This document shows positions 15,401-27,400 of a stretch of 64,000 nt of DNA, piece by piece. Location of the stretch: assembly GCF_018977255.1 (NCBI RefSeq), contig NW_024704742.1, positions 46,626,001 to 46,690,000 on the forward strand, given 5' to 3'. Under the pieces are notes generated by a model that ran no database searches, was not told the origin of the DNA, and was given only the letters and a program-made list of their open reading frames with translations. A program made the position numbers and the translations under genes. The stretch's first letter is position 1; every line of letters begins with the position of its first letter. Source of the DNA: Callorhinchus milii. Its lineage: Eukaryota.

Positions 15401-18400
15401 GTTTAATTGATCGTTCATCTCATGGTTGTTAGTGGAAACTTACTGGTGTAAATGGTTAGCCTACAAACTTACTACAATTGAAAGTACCTTAATTAATTGA
15501 CATTTTGGCATGATAAGGCAAAAATCATAAATTGGTCACTTCAATCCATGACTGTTTGTGGGACACTGCTGTGCGCGATTGGTTACCACATATCGCCCAG
15601 AAAATACACAATTAATTCACCTTACAGTATATTCTTTGAAAAGCTTTGAGACACCTTGAAGATGTGATAAGGCACTGCATCAAATGCAAGGATTATTATT
15701 ATGATGCATGCCTTTCTTTTACCATGCAACCCAGTTTAGTCAGCAAACTTCTTCATAAACTGCTCTGTGAATGCTCAGCAATGTCAAGGATGTGTGAGTC
15801 AAGGTAAGTGAGTTGAATTAGTTTTGTTAGACCTGTTTATTGAGATTGAATGCTTCCTTGTCATAAAGATTACTATCTACCAATCCACAGGGGGATGAAC
15901 CTAACACAACCAAGGCAAATGAGCGAACGATCTTGAACTCAAAACCTTCTGATCTCATATCTGATGCTCAACCATTTGAACTATCTATTATGTTTGTTCA
16001 AAGCTTTGAATGGAACACCGCTGTGGTTCTGTGCAGTTATAAAAATTCAGAATTAGAAACTTTAAGCCCACACTTGTGGCATTATGTGATAAAAAATGCC
16101 CACTTTGAAATCTGCAAAGGCCATTGTATGTGCAAAAAATGAATGCAAAGAAATCAACATAATATTCAAGGAGTTAACCCTGCTTGATTAACAATATCAA
16201 TAGTTACACTACATCGCTAACCAAGCTTGAGAAATGCTAATTATACATCTGCTTTGCTAATGTACTTCTCATTTAAAATAACCTTTTCATATTTTCAGTT
16301 ATTTGCTGAAAGATAATGATGACATTAAAAAAAAACTTATCATTGTTTAAACAGCTGTAAAGAACATTTGGTAAATGAGAAAGCCTGTTGGTTATCAGGA
16401 ACTCCAGGTATATTATAATTAGAAGGTGTTCCTCCATAAACACATACAGAAAAAGTTTTCTACTGGTCATCTCTCCTGGACGTCAAACTGATAAGGGAGT
16501 GAAAAAATTCTGAATTTGCTACCTCCATTCACTAGGTTAACTTCAGAGCTGGACTAAATAACCAACTAATTGTTCAGGTATGAATATTTGTGACAAAAAT
16601 GTAATCATTGTGTTGCATTATACTGTTTTGTATAGTACTGCACTCATTGTTTTGCATCATATCCATATTGAACTGCACGCATTGTCTTATATTATAGTGT
16701 CCATATAGTACTGCAGTTCTATATCACACAATATGCATGTGGAATTGCACTCATTATTTTGTACCAAACAGTGTCCATATAGTCCTGCACTCATTGTTCT
16801 GTACTGAAATATTCATGTAATGTTTAGATACAACAAATACAGTTGATGTGGTTCTGATTACTGAAGTACCCTTGAAGCATTTAATGGTTAAAACAGCAGA
16901 ATCTGAATGAGCTGACACTGACGCCAACACATTTCCAATAAAATGCTGAATGCACATTTATTCAGGAACTGTGCTATTTACTATTTGATTAAATGTAAGT
17001 GCATATTCCATCAATGCTTTCAATAATTGATAAGATTATTCGATTGCAAAACTGCTCAAGTTCCCAGCGTTCAGATTTGCCCTTTCCAAGGAGTATTGTA
17101 GATCAAGCAAGATGCTGACTCAACAAGGAATAGAGTCAGTAATGCTGAGCTGCACAATCAGAAGTTCATTATCTTAACATCTTTTGTAAAGCTTAAAGTT
17201 TTTATTAATGCACTTTGTGAAATACAAGAAGAGAAAGAGTAATCCACCATCCTGGGCATTGCAGCTGTATAATGAACACAGAAGTTTCCTGCAAGAATAT
17301 CAAGCCACTCGTTTCCTTCACAAACAAAACATTGCTATTTACCATCATCAGCAGCTCAATGGCACCATTTATATCTCCTGTTAAATCTGGTGTGAAAATC
17401 ACCTCTTGTTTTTATTTGCTTGGTGTGCATGTGAAGTGTGGGGCTTTTGAACTGATTCAATTAAAACAGTGTTTTTATAACTGCAAAATTAATTATGATT
17501 TAAATATAATTAATGTGGAATCACAAATCACTTCCAAAAGTTAAACTATTGGCACTCTAAGCAAAACAAATGACACTATAAAGGAAAGAATTGATCTGGT
17601 GTTACCAGAAGACAAAGCTTGCAACCCAATCCAGTCCTGCTGAGAGCTAGAAAGTTATATAGAGGTCATCGTTCATTTTAATGTGTGTTCAACCCTCATT
17701 ATAAGGACTCCATCACATTTGCAAGGCAAAGGTTTTCAGTGCAGATCAGAGTAGGACATATCTATCTCTGCAACTTGGTGTTGTTCAGTCTAAAACACGA
17801 GAATCCCATTTAAAGGCAGTAGTTCACAAAATTACAAAACCATATAAAGGGGCACGATCAAGAATGGCCACAAGTCAGCCCTCCTGCATGGTGATGTCGC
17901 TGATCACACGACCTGGGACGTCGCTGCATATGTGGCTTCCTGCACTAAAATTCTAGTGCATTAATTGCACTAAAAGGTCACCACCAATTCATATGTTGCA
18001 CATATGCATGGCATCCATGCACAGGAAACTTCCTGTACATATCATGCAGCCACTCTGCCCCCACCATATGGAACTCCGTCCCATTCCCTTCACCTCGCTC
18101 CCCCCCTCGCCTCCTTCAAGGTGAGTCTCAAAAACCTCCCCTTCGACCGAGCCTTCGGCCACCCTCCTACCCTCCCTGACCTCCACCTTCCCTGATCCCG
18201 ACCCCCAGCTCGGGTCCAAATCCCTGACTGTCCAGCGGCTTTGGGACGTCCTCCCGATGTGAAAGGCGCTATACAAATGTGATTTTGTATTGTATGCACA
18301 GCACAAAGTCAATAGGGCAGATCCACAAGGCATATTCCTTATAATCAAATCCACCTTATAGCAGAGTGCTTGTTAAACAGGGATTTACTGCATCCACCTT

Positions 18401-21400
18401 CAAAGTTGTAACTGAACCAATCGGACATGCACAGGAGGATGTAATGGCTTTGCACACTGATGATTCCATGCACACACCACACTTTAAACAGGAGACATTT
18501 CTTGCAACATGTCACAGCCCTTGTATTGAATAATTCAGATGTTTGTACAATTTCAAATATAGCATTATCTAGTAATTTTTTTGTTGGCATTTCAATATGA
18601 TTATTATCCCACTATACTACAAATGTGGGAGTCATACAAGAGTATTATTTTCCACATGAAACAAGTTGTAAGCAGCATGTTTTATACAGTTTCATAATTA
18701 CTGAGGCAAAACCATAAATGACATACCATGACCTCAAGATACAAGGCACACCACAGTCAGAGACTACTGTTTCTGTAGCAGCACGACTGAACAGATAATA
18801 AATAAGGTTTAAACTTTCTTATGAAAAAATAATTCCTCACTGTTATACTCGATGTTATCTGATCATTCTCCTGTCTAAACAGTATTATCTAAAACTTGGG
18901 TTATTAAGTTTTACAAAGAGCATTGCACTGCACTGAACTGCAGGAAGGCAGATTGGCACAGTCTGTTTATTCTCTATCTTTTTGTTTTCCTTTGGTATGT
19001 GAAATGCAATTAGTTCCCCTCCAAATGAGATTTTTTTTCACATTTCAGTTATCTTAAATGTGCTAGTGAAACATGCTGTCCCTATCTAATTAACCCACTT
19101 CTAATAGCTTTGTGTTTTCATCGTAAAACTTAACACTAAAAATTCAGCTTTGCATTGCAGTTTGTGTGCGGTTCATTAGGGGTTGTAACAAAAGACTGTC
19201 TTCATCCACTCCCATTCAAACTGAAAGCAATTTAATGGTCAACTTTCATAACATGTTAGCCTCTGATTTCAGTAAAATCAATAATTTCTATGGCCTGTGC
19301 ATTCTATGTGATATTTTCATTTGTTGCATCAGCCATCATAATGGCCTCTGAATGAGTGTATCAATTTAACGCTCAAATTTGTAGGCAGTTTTGTGCTGCA
19401 GATTTGCATATTTTTTCTTCCATCGCTCCTAATGCTTTTGTTCAAATCTGGTCGTTCTTAAAATTTAGTTACACTTTGAATTTATGTTAATTTAGGAAAT
19501 TACATAATGTGAAAGGGTGGAATATTGACTTTTCACCTTGGGGACAGAGATGAATCCAATCCAGACTGATGGGATTATAAATCTCTGCTCTCTGCCAGCA
19601 GCAAACATCCTAAATGAAATGAATCTGAGCATTCTCAACCCAGTCTCTAGTTCGTTCAAAGCCACAGTACAAAACTGCCCATGAATCACAATAATAGCAT
19701 TTTCACGTGGGAGGTTACAATTTAGAAGGAAATGTCATACTACCCTATGTTTGGTGGGGGAGTGCTCTTCAGAGATTGATACTGAACACAACCTTTATTG
19801 TAAGTACAAATGTGATGCATAGTCACGCCAACATAAATCTAGATGATTTATTTCCCCCACCTTTTGTTTTTTCCAATAACTATAGTTACAGGGCCTTTGT
19901 CAATAATCTACTCAAGAAGCCTTGCATTCATCAAGTTCAAAGTGGCACATTCACAAGAGTGATGCTGTGCAGAACATCTATCCCATAAAATTGGTGTGCT
20001 TATATATGCTCTCTTTGGACTAATTTCTGACTCCCTTTTTTCCCCTCAATCTTCACCAATGTGTTATTGTATACACAATCTGAACCAAGACGTCTGGATA
20101 ATAAAGTATATTGATTGCTGTGTAAAACTCGCCATCACTGAGCCCAAATTCAAATAATTGACATTAAGAATTTCATGTTCAATACCACATCACAATATTT
20201 TGTACAGTGGAGTAAATGATGGTCCCAAAGTAAGTATACAAATAAAGTTTACCCTCAAATGGCAATTATTCCTTCTCTATGGAAACTTAAGGAGCCTTAT
20301 AGAACTAGGGTGCAATTACTGCAGATGCCCTCAGGAAGACTTTGCAATACACTGATAGATACAATCAACTCTCCACTATAACAATGAATACTTGAACTTT
20401 TAACATTACAAAAGGGATTCATGTGCTGAGAAGAAGAGTAGATATACTGGATATCATAGCAATTTATATATTTATGATGCTCCCAAAATTAGACAATACA
20501 CAGACTTAAGATTCTCATCTCCAGTAGCGTCTAGGGTAATAGAACAAATTCTATGAAAGCATTACAAGAATCACACTCTAAATCCACCAAGTTTGGAACT
20601 TTTTGCTTTGGGATCATGAATTTTTTACAACTTTGCAATTTTATACGCACAAGAGAAGCGTGTGTAGATTTTCTTTAATGTAGATCTCTGACAGCTACTA
20701 CATGTCAACATTGCCTCAGAGCATTATGATTGAATTTAGAATGAACAACAATGTTATAATAAAAAGGCTTCACCTTAAATCTACAAAATCCCTTTGCAGA
20801 CATTAAAACTTCCTTGAGTACATTAAAAGAAGCGGCAGCACGGAACACAATTAGCAGCAGTCGGGAATTTTACAACTATAAGCACCCTGGCACTCAAGTT
20901 ACCAGAATATCACTTAAAATTAATTTGCATGATCAGGAATACATTTAAAACATTATAAAAAAAAGTATTTTACATCATCTCAAAGCAAAGATTAAGCCAA
21001 CTGGGGAAAAAAAGAACAGTTGCATCTTCGCTGTTTCACATGGATTAGACACTTCATAAAACTACATGGTCGCTTCACAAGAACACCAGGGATAAGACCA
21101 ACTGGATAAAAAATTATTTTAATAAAATGTCAAGTTCTACCCTCTCTGTGTCATCAGCAAGCAATGTGCTGATTCAACTCCAACCACTAATAACCAGGTC
21201 TCGCTTGCTACATTAAACTGCCAGGTCGCAGAATAATTTGTTCTCTCAGTCATCCAGAACTTGAAGTTCAGGGAATTCCATCTCCAATCCAAACCACACA
21301 CACAAAAGTGATTACAGTTCACAGTACTCACCCAGTACCCCACGTGAGGTCAGGCTTGTTCACTCCTAAGCAGACAACTTCGCTGATATCAATCCTTCCG

Positions 21401-24400
21401 TTGGGAGTGGCCGACTTGTCACTTTCATAATAACTGAGAAATCCACCTTCCAGGGTGCACCATCGTTTATTGAATTCTGCAAACAAAGGAAAGAAGTTTA
21501 GGTTTAGCAAAAAAAACTTCTGTAATCTCTGTGAACAGGCCTCCCATAGTGGAGTCTTATTAATCATTCCAAAAAGCAGCCAGAGGATCCGGAGAATATA
21601 AAACTTGAAAAAGGCGAATGGGTCAGGTCTTTTAAAAAAAAACTGAGAGCACGAGACTTGTAATGATACGGGTTTATTGTTTTTAATTCTGGGCTTTCTT
21701 TTAAAAAGGTTAAGTTCTGCCTATGCAATGAAATCGCATTTGAGCCAGAATCCCGTAATTGCATGCTCGTGGATTTCAGAGAGAAAGAGCTGCTCATAGT
21801 CCAGATACACAGCCATGACACAACTCCAGCATTTTCTTCATGCTACTGCTAATGTCTTAGAATGGAACCTCGCATCATGAAGACAGCAATTCTCAGACAT
21901 ATCAACGTGGTTCATTAGCAAAGGGGCATATAGCCTCTGAAGACAGAATGTAATAATTCTTGGATTTGATACAGCGACTTATCACATCTCGACACGCCTT
22001 GAAGTGCTTCATAGGATACACTGCAGAGTAGCACTTCACAGAATACACAGTAAAGTGATTTGAGTGTATATTTTGCAGCCGAAACGCGGCAGCCAAGTGT
22101 GCACAGCAGTGTCCCACAAACAGTCGTGGATTGAAGTGAACAATTTTTTTTTTGAAGGAATTATTACCCCCGGAAAAGTCATCCACCAATCGACTAACAA
22201 ATGGATTCCTACTTACTGCTAGGTAAATAGAGGCATGTGGAGTAAGGAAATTTGCCCAACATTTTGCCCTGCCGGGATTTGAACCCAGGTCTCTCACTGC
22301 AAGACGAATGGTCTAACCACAGGACTTCACAACCACAATAATGTAGAGCACCTAAAACTTCATTTTAAAGGCTACTAAGAGTGCTTTGAATATACAAATG
22401 TAATCCAGTTCTCCAGTGACATTCCCTTGCTCAGTAATTACAATATACTATTGGACACTAGATTAAGGATACTTGCAAAGGAAATTTCTGATTCGGTCCA
22501 AGTTTGAGCAAATTGCACTTTTTGGCTCAGTTATAGCACTTTTCATTGTTTTGTACCAAAGCTGCTCTTGTGAAGGTGACATAGCCACAAATAACAATGG
22601 GGACACATGCAGGAAAATAATCAAACACAAATAATCCCTTAACCCAGTGGTGGCTATCCTCTTTGGTGGGCCAACAAAATCAATGTTTCTTGATTGAATA
22701 TTGATTTATTGATTTATTGCATGAATCTATGCTATTTGTTATTTCTATGATTATTTTGTTGGCCAACCAATACAGCTTAGCCACTACTGCCTTAACCAAA
22801 TGTTAGCAGTGAAGACAACATCTACTGTATTTGTATCAGCATTCCATTTGCCTTGATCCCATGCCAAAAATTTTTGCATTACATAGAAGATTGTACTGGG
22901 CTTTATTAGTGACTCCTCTACCTTTGGTAAAATGTTCTGTGTATTATATATGACTCAATATCAATATACTTCCAGGTGTGTATAGCTCAATACACTTTTT
23001 TTTGGAAGTAAGATTGAAGGAGGTCAGAGAGATAGGCCCTGTCCCCCTGTGACACCCTTGCTCCTCCATGCCACCATCGGAGGACAAACCCTCAGTCACT
23101 CCTCCCTTAACCTCTGGGACTCCCTGCCTCAAAACCTCTGCTTCGTACTCTCTCTATCCATCTTTAAATCCCACCTTAAAACCTACCTCTTCAACTTCAC
23201 CTATAGTTACCTCCTACTCCTTGTTCCACATCTAACCCTGCTGCTGTGAAATGCTCTGTGTCATCACCTACAAGAAGCGCGTTATGTAAAAGTTTTTGTT
23301 GTTTTCTGTGAATTCCTCACCAAGCTCTAAAATCCATCTTTGAATTAGATTCAAGGCTACCTTAGATTTGATTAAATACAGTGAATCATGAGGCAGTCAC
23401 AAGTTGCACCCTGACTAACCTTAAGATTCAGAAACTATTCAGCAATGCATCAAAATCTTAGCTCTGCATTTAGTTAAACAAAATGCAAGTCTCCAGATCC
23501 TTTTCCGCATTCAATGGCTGTATCAGCAGGAACAATATATGGTTGCATATTCCAGTGAGAGCTTTTACTATTAATACCTATGATGAAACTGATGGAAATT
23601 TTAATGTAACTTAATACCAAATTAATATGTCCAACTGCTAAGATGTGAAACACACAACTGTAACTCAGATGCTCAAAGCATCAGAAAATATTTCAAGTTC
23701 GTAACAGTTTGATTGCAGAATCTATTGCTGACTTTACAGCACATAATAGCAAAAGGTCTTGGTCTTTCTTCACACATAGTGGAAATAACAGCTGAGACAG
23801 AATCAATCTATTCTCTACTACATGGTGGCATTACAGTGCCAACTTAATGTCACAGCATAGAACAAAAACAATCAAAACCTCTCATAAATGTTGATGTTAC
23901 CATAAAAGGTCACAAAGGTCACAGTTGGCGAAATTACATTCCATGTCAAGAGAAAGAACAAGTCAACATGGCCTTAGATCACAAAACTGGACAAGTTGTG
24001 TTATCTAAAAACTGCAAAAAGCATGTTAGTCCATGGTACAATTTCCTGGATCTATTGTGACAAAATGTTTCCATGGGCTGTTCCTCCCTTGAACAATCTT
24101 AGCAGAAAATATCAGAGGGCAGAAATCACAACAGGCCACAAATCTAATCTTCTAATCCCTGCTGGATAGGTCAAATCCCGTATCCTTCAAATACCATAAA
24201 TCAGACAAATGAACAGGAAAAGCTCAATATATGGGACACTGGGAAAATGCATCACCCACTATGATAGTGGGCCATACAAACCAAGAAGCATAGACAGCTA
24301 TACACAACTGGAAGCATAACATGTTTTGCAGACATATAGAACATTTGACCCAGGAGTTAGAACAGGGGAGTCGCTTTTAAGAAACGTCTACTGTATTCAA

Positions 24401-27400
24401 GGAGGAGTGTAGATTAAAGCCCAGCATGTGTTTACATTATACTACTTGTCAAAGTAATTGTGGAATTACCATCTGAAATTACTAAAAAAGTAAAAAGACA
24501 TACACATACACATAAAATACACTCCCAATCAAGATTAGCGAAAAACAAGCTGTTCCCTCACTGTTCTACTGAAATCAATGTGCAGCAGGGAGTGGAAGCT
24601 AAATGAACAAAGTGCTTCAGTGCTCATGTGGTAGAAACACCATGAATACAGACAGCTTTCCTTTACAAACAGAAACACTTGAAGCTTTCAGCAATCTTGC
24701 CATGAGCAATATATAATAGAAGCTCCTCAACATGAAAGGGAGTTTCTATCATCCCCACTGTTGAGCGACCCATAGCAGCCAACCCAGAACAACACCATTG
24801 GTTGCCTGGAGACTTCCCTGCAGGTAGTCTTCTATCCAGGCAGCAAATAAAGGGATTCGATATTCCCAGAGAGAGAAAAAAACATAAAACCTATTATAGC
24901 TTAAAATTTTGTTTCCGCAAACACTGGTGATAATTATTATCCTGCAGTTTTTCGTTCAATAAAAGCTTTTCAGTTTTATTAATAAAAATGCATCAGCAGA
25001 CCCTCCAACTCTAAGAGTTACGAAAACTCTAGTACATTCTGTCTCTTGCAAAGTTGCAAGGATATACAAAATAGAAGAAAAAGATGTCTGCTATTAACGA
25101 AAAAAAGAGGAAAAACTCTTAGTGAAGAATTATTCTTGTGGATTGTACAGTTGATTTCAATGAGGGCATTAAAAGGCTAGCTCTACACAGAATGTGATTC
25201 GTTGAAACGTTTTCTTTAAAGGAAAGAAATAATGCTTGTCTGCATGAGATTATCTATTGGCAAAAAAAGAAACTAAATACAAAACTGGAGTGCAGTGGAC
25301 AGTAGAGCAACATTTTCTAGTCTGCAGATTCTAATCAAGCTCTTCAAAACAAACCAGTAATCTTCTCTGGGTTCATTTGTTGCCATGGAATCAATAGCTG
25401 CTTCCTTACACCATTACCAGATTCTTCAGCAGTTGAAAGTAAGCGCACAAAAAATCTGGAGCTGAAATATTTTAATTTCCACACTTTCATCGGGATCACA
25501 TGCCCTCCTAATTATTTTAATGGCTACAACAAATTTCAAATCTTTATTCATCTCGGGGGGGGGGGGGGGGGGAAGCAAGTGGCATTAAGTATAAAGATCA
25601 TTCAAGGACCTAAATTAAATGGCGTCTTGCATTTTCCATTGCGTTAATGAACCTCAAACAAGCAGCAGTCGTTAAACAGAGCACATAATTGATTCACATT
25701 TCATTTCTTCATTTTGATTTAGACAAGCAAAATGGTTCTAAGAACACTGGTGACTCACTCTCAGTATTTCGGCACGTTACTCATGTCAGACACAAATAAC
25801 ATCAATTTTCACATAGTCCCAACATAGGAAATGCATTTTTATAAAAATGTGATTTACACATGACAAATCTAACAATTCCACCTGAAGCAAAATTTGGTTA
25901 TTTTTGTAACAAAAACAGGTGATAGATTGGTTTATCATGAACAAAAGAATAAAACAAGTAACTTGTAGGAGGGAGAAGTAAGGAAGAGCTGGACAGCCAT
26001 CAATTCAACACAGTGTGACTGCCCGCAAGGCTGGAGGAAGGGGATGAAACTCAATTGGTCAAAATTCTAGTTATTTTAGACATGCACTTAAGAAACTCAT
26101 GACAAGATGCAACTGTAGTGTAGAAGTGTTTTTTTTGCAATATCTGAGTCATAGTGAACTTAGAGACCCTAATCTTCCTCAGATTAAATGGCACTTAACT
26201 ACATGTGTGTTCACTCTGGCTAACAGTGCTGAGTACTTATTCTAAGTAAAAACACCATGACTGAATCACGTACCTTCCTTCAGTCTCTTCTCGCTTACTG
26301 TTTTTGTAGTGTTAATGGCCTTGTATAAGAAACCACAAAGGAAGGTGGAGCAAGAGGTCTGAGAATGAACGGCAGCTTCGGATGGTGAGTCAATCTTTGG
26401 AATAACTATGAGAAACAGAAGAGGTCAGTAGTGATTCACATAATGAGTTTTTTAAAACTACGCATTTTTTAACTATTATTAAACATTCCAGTTGTAATAA
26501 AACAGCGGCTGCTTGCAATGATTCATGCAACGGTGCATCCACTTATGAGATCATCTTTACATCTGATAGTTACAGGATTTTTGACTGAACCCTTCCATTT
26601 TTTATACATTTGGAATTTTAAAATCATAAAATATTATTTTTCAAGTTTAGGGATTATCAAGCTTCTTGGGGCTCATCTGGCTCCAAGGTAAAATGTCTGG
26701 CAATGGAATATGTGGTTCAAGTCAATCCTCTCTGGTGAACTCGATAGTCCGGTTCTGCAATACTCCAAGATACACCAACCAGCCTGGCTTATCGACAGGA
26801 CTTAGAGAGGCAGACCAGTCACTGGGGAGGGAGTCTTCCCACTTAGCTCTCATCAACCCTCAAGTCCAAGTAAGGCGATCCTAGCTGGGGCAAGCAGTGG
26901 GAAGCTTGTCAGACAGTTCTCCCAATGCCGAGCTATACAGGTCTAGCTGGTTAACTCACAACAACAACAAAATTACATTTTTGTAAAATGCCTTTCGCTT
27001 CGGGAGGGCATCCCAAGGCGTTGAACAGTCAGGGAGCAGGATCCGAGCGTGGGGGCGCAGGATTGGATGAGGGAGGGCAGAGAGGGTAGGAGGGTGGCTG
27101 AAGGCAAGGTCAAAAAGGAGGGTCTTGAGTCGTGCCTTGAAGGAGGCAAGAGAGGGAGCAAGGCAAAGGGATTGTGGGATGGAGTTCCAGAGGTTGGTGG
27201 TCAGAGAGGCTAAAGGTCCGGCCACCAATGGTAGGGCGGATCAGGCGGGGATCCCACACCCTGGAATACACAAAATCTTGGCTTTTGCCAGGCTGTGTCT
27301 GTTTCCAGAATTAAGTAAGCAGAGTGCATTCTTCCAGCGCCTTGGGATATCTCCTGGATTGAAAAGTGCTATATAAATGCAATTTGTTGTTGTTCTTCTC

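Noticed and set aside
16632..16804. Spaced repeats superficially like a CRISPR array
   Set aside because: Degenerate tandem minisatellite in a vertebrate intron, with no unique spacers and no cas genes.
22639..22795. TTAA at both ends of the MITE, suggesting piggyBac or Kolobok
   Set aside because: TTAA lies within the 8-bp direct repeat CCTTAACC and the TIR starts at CAG, which fits hAT better.
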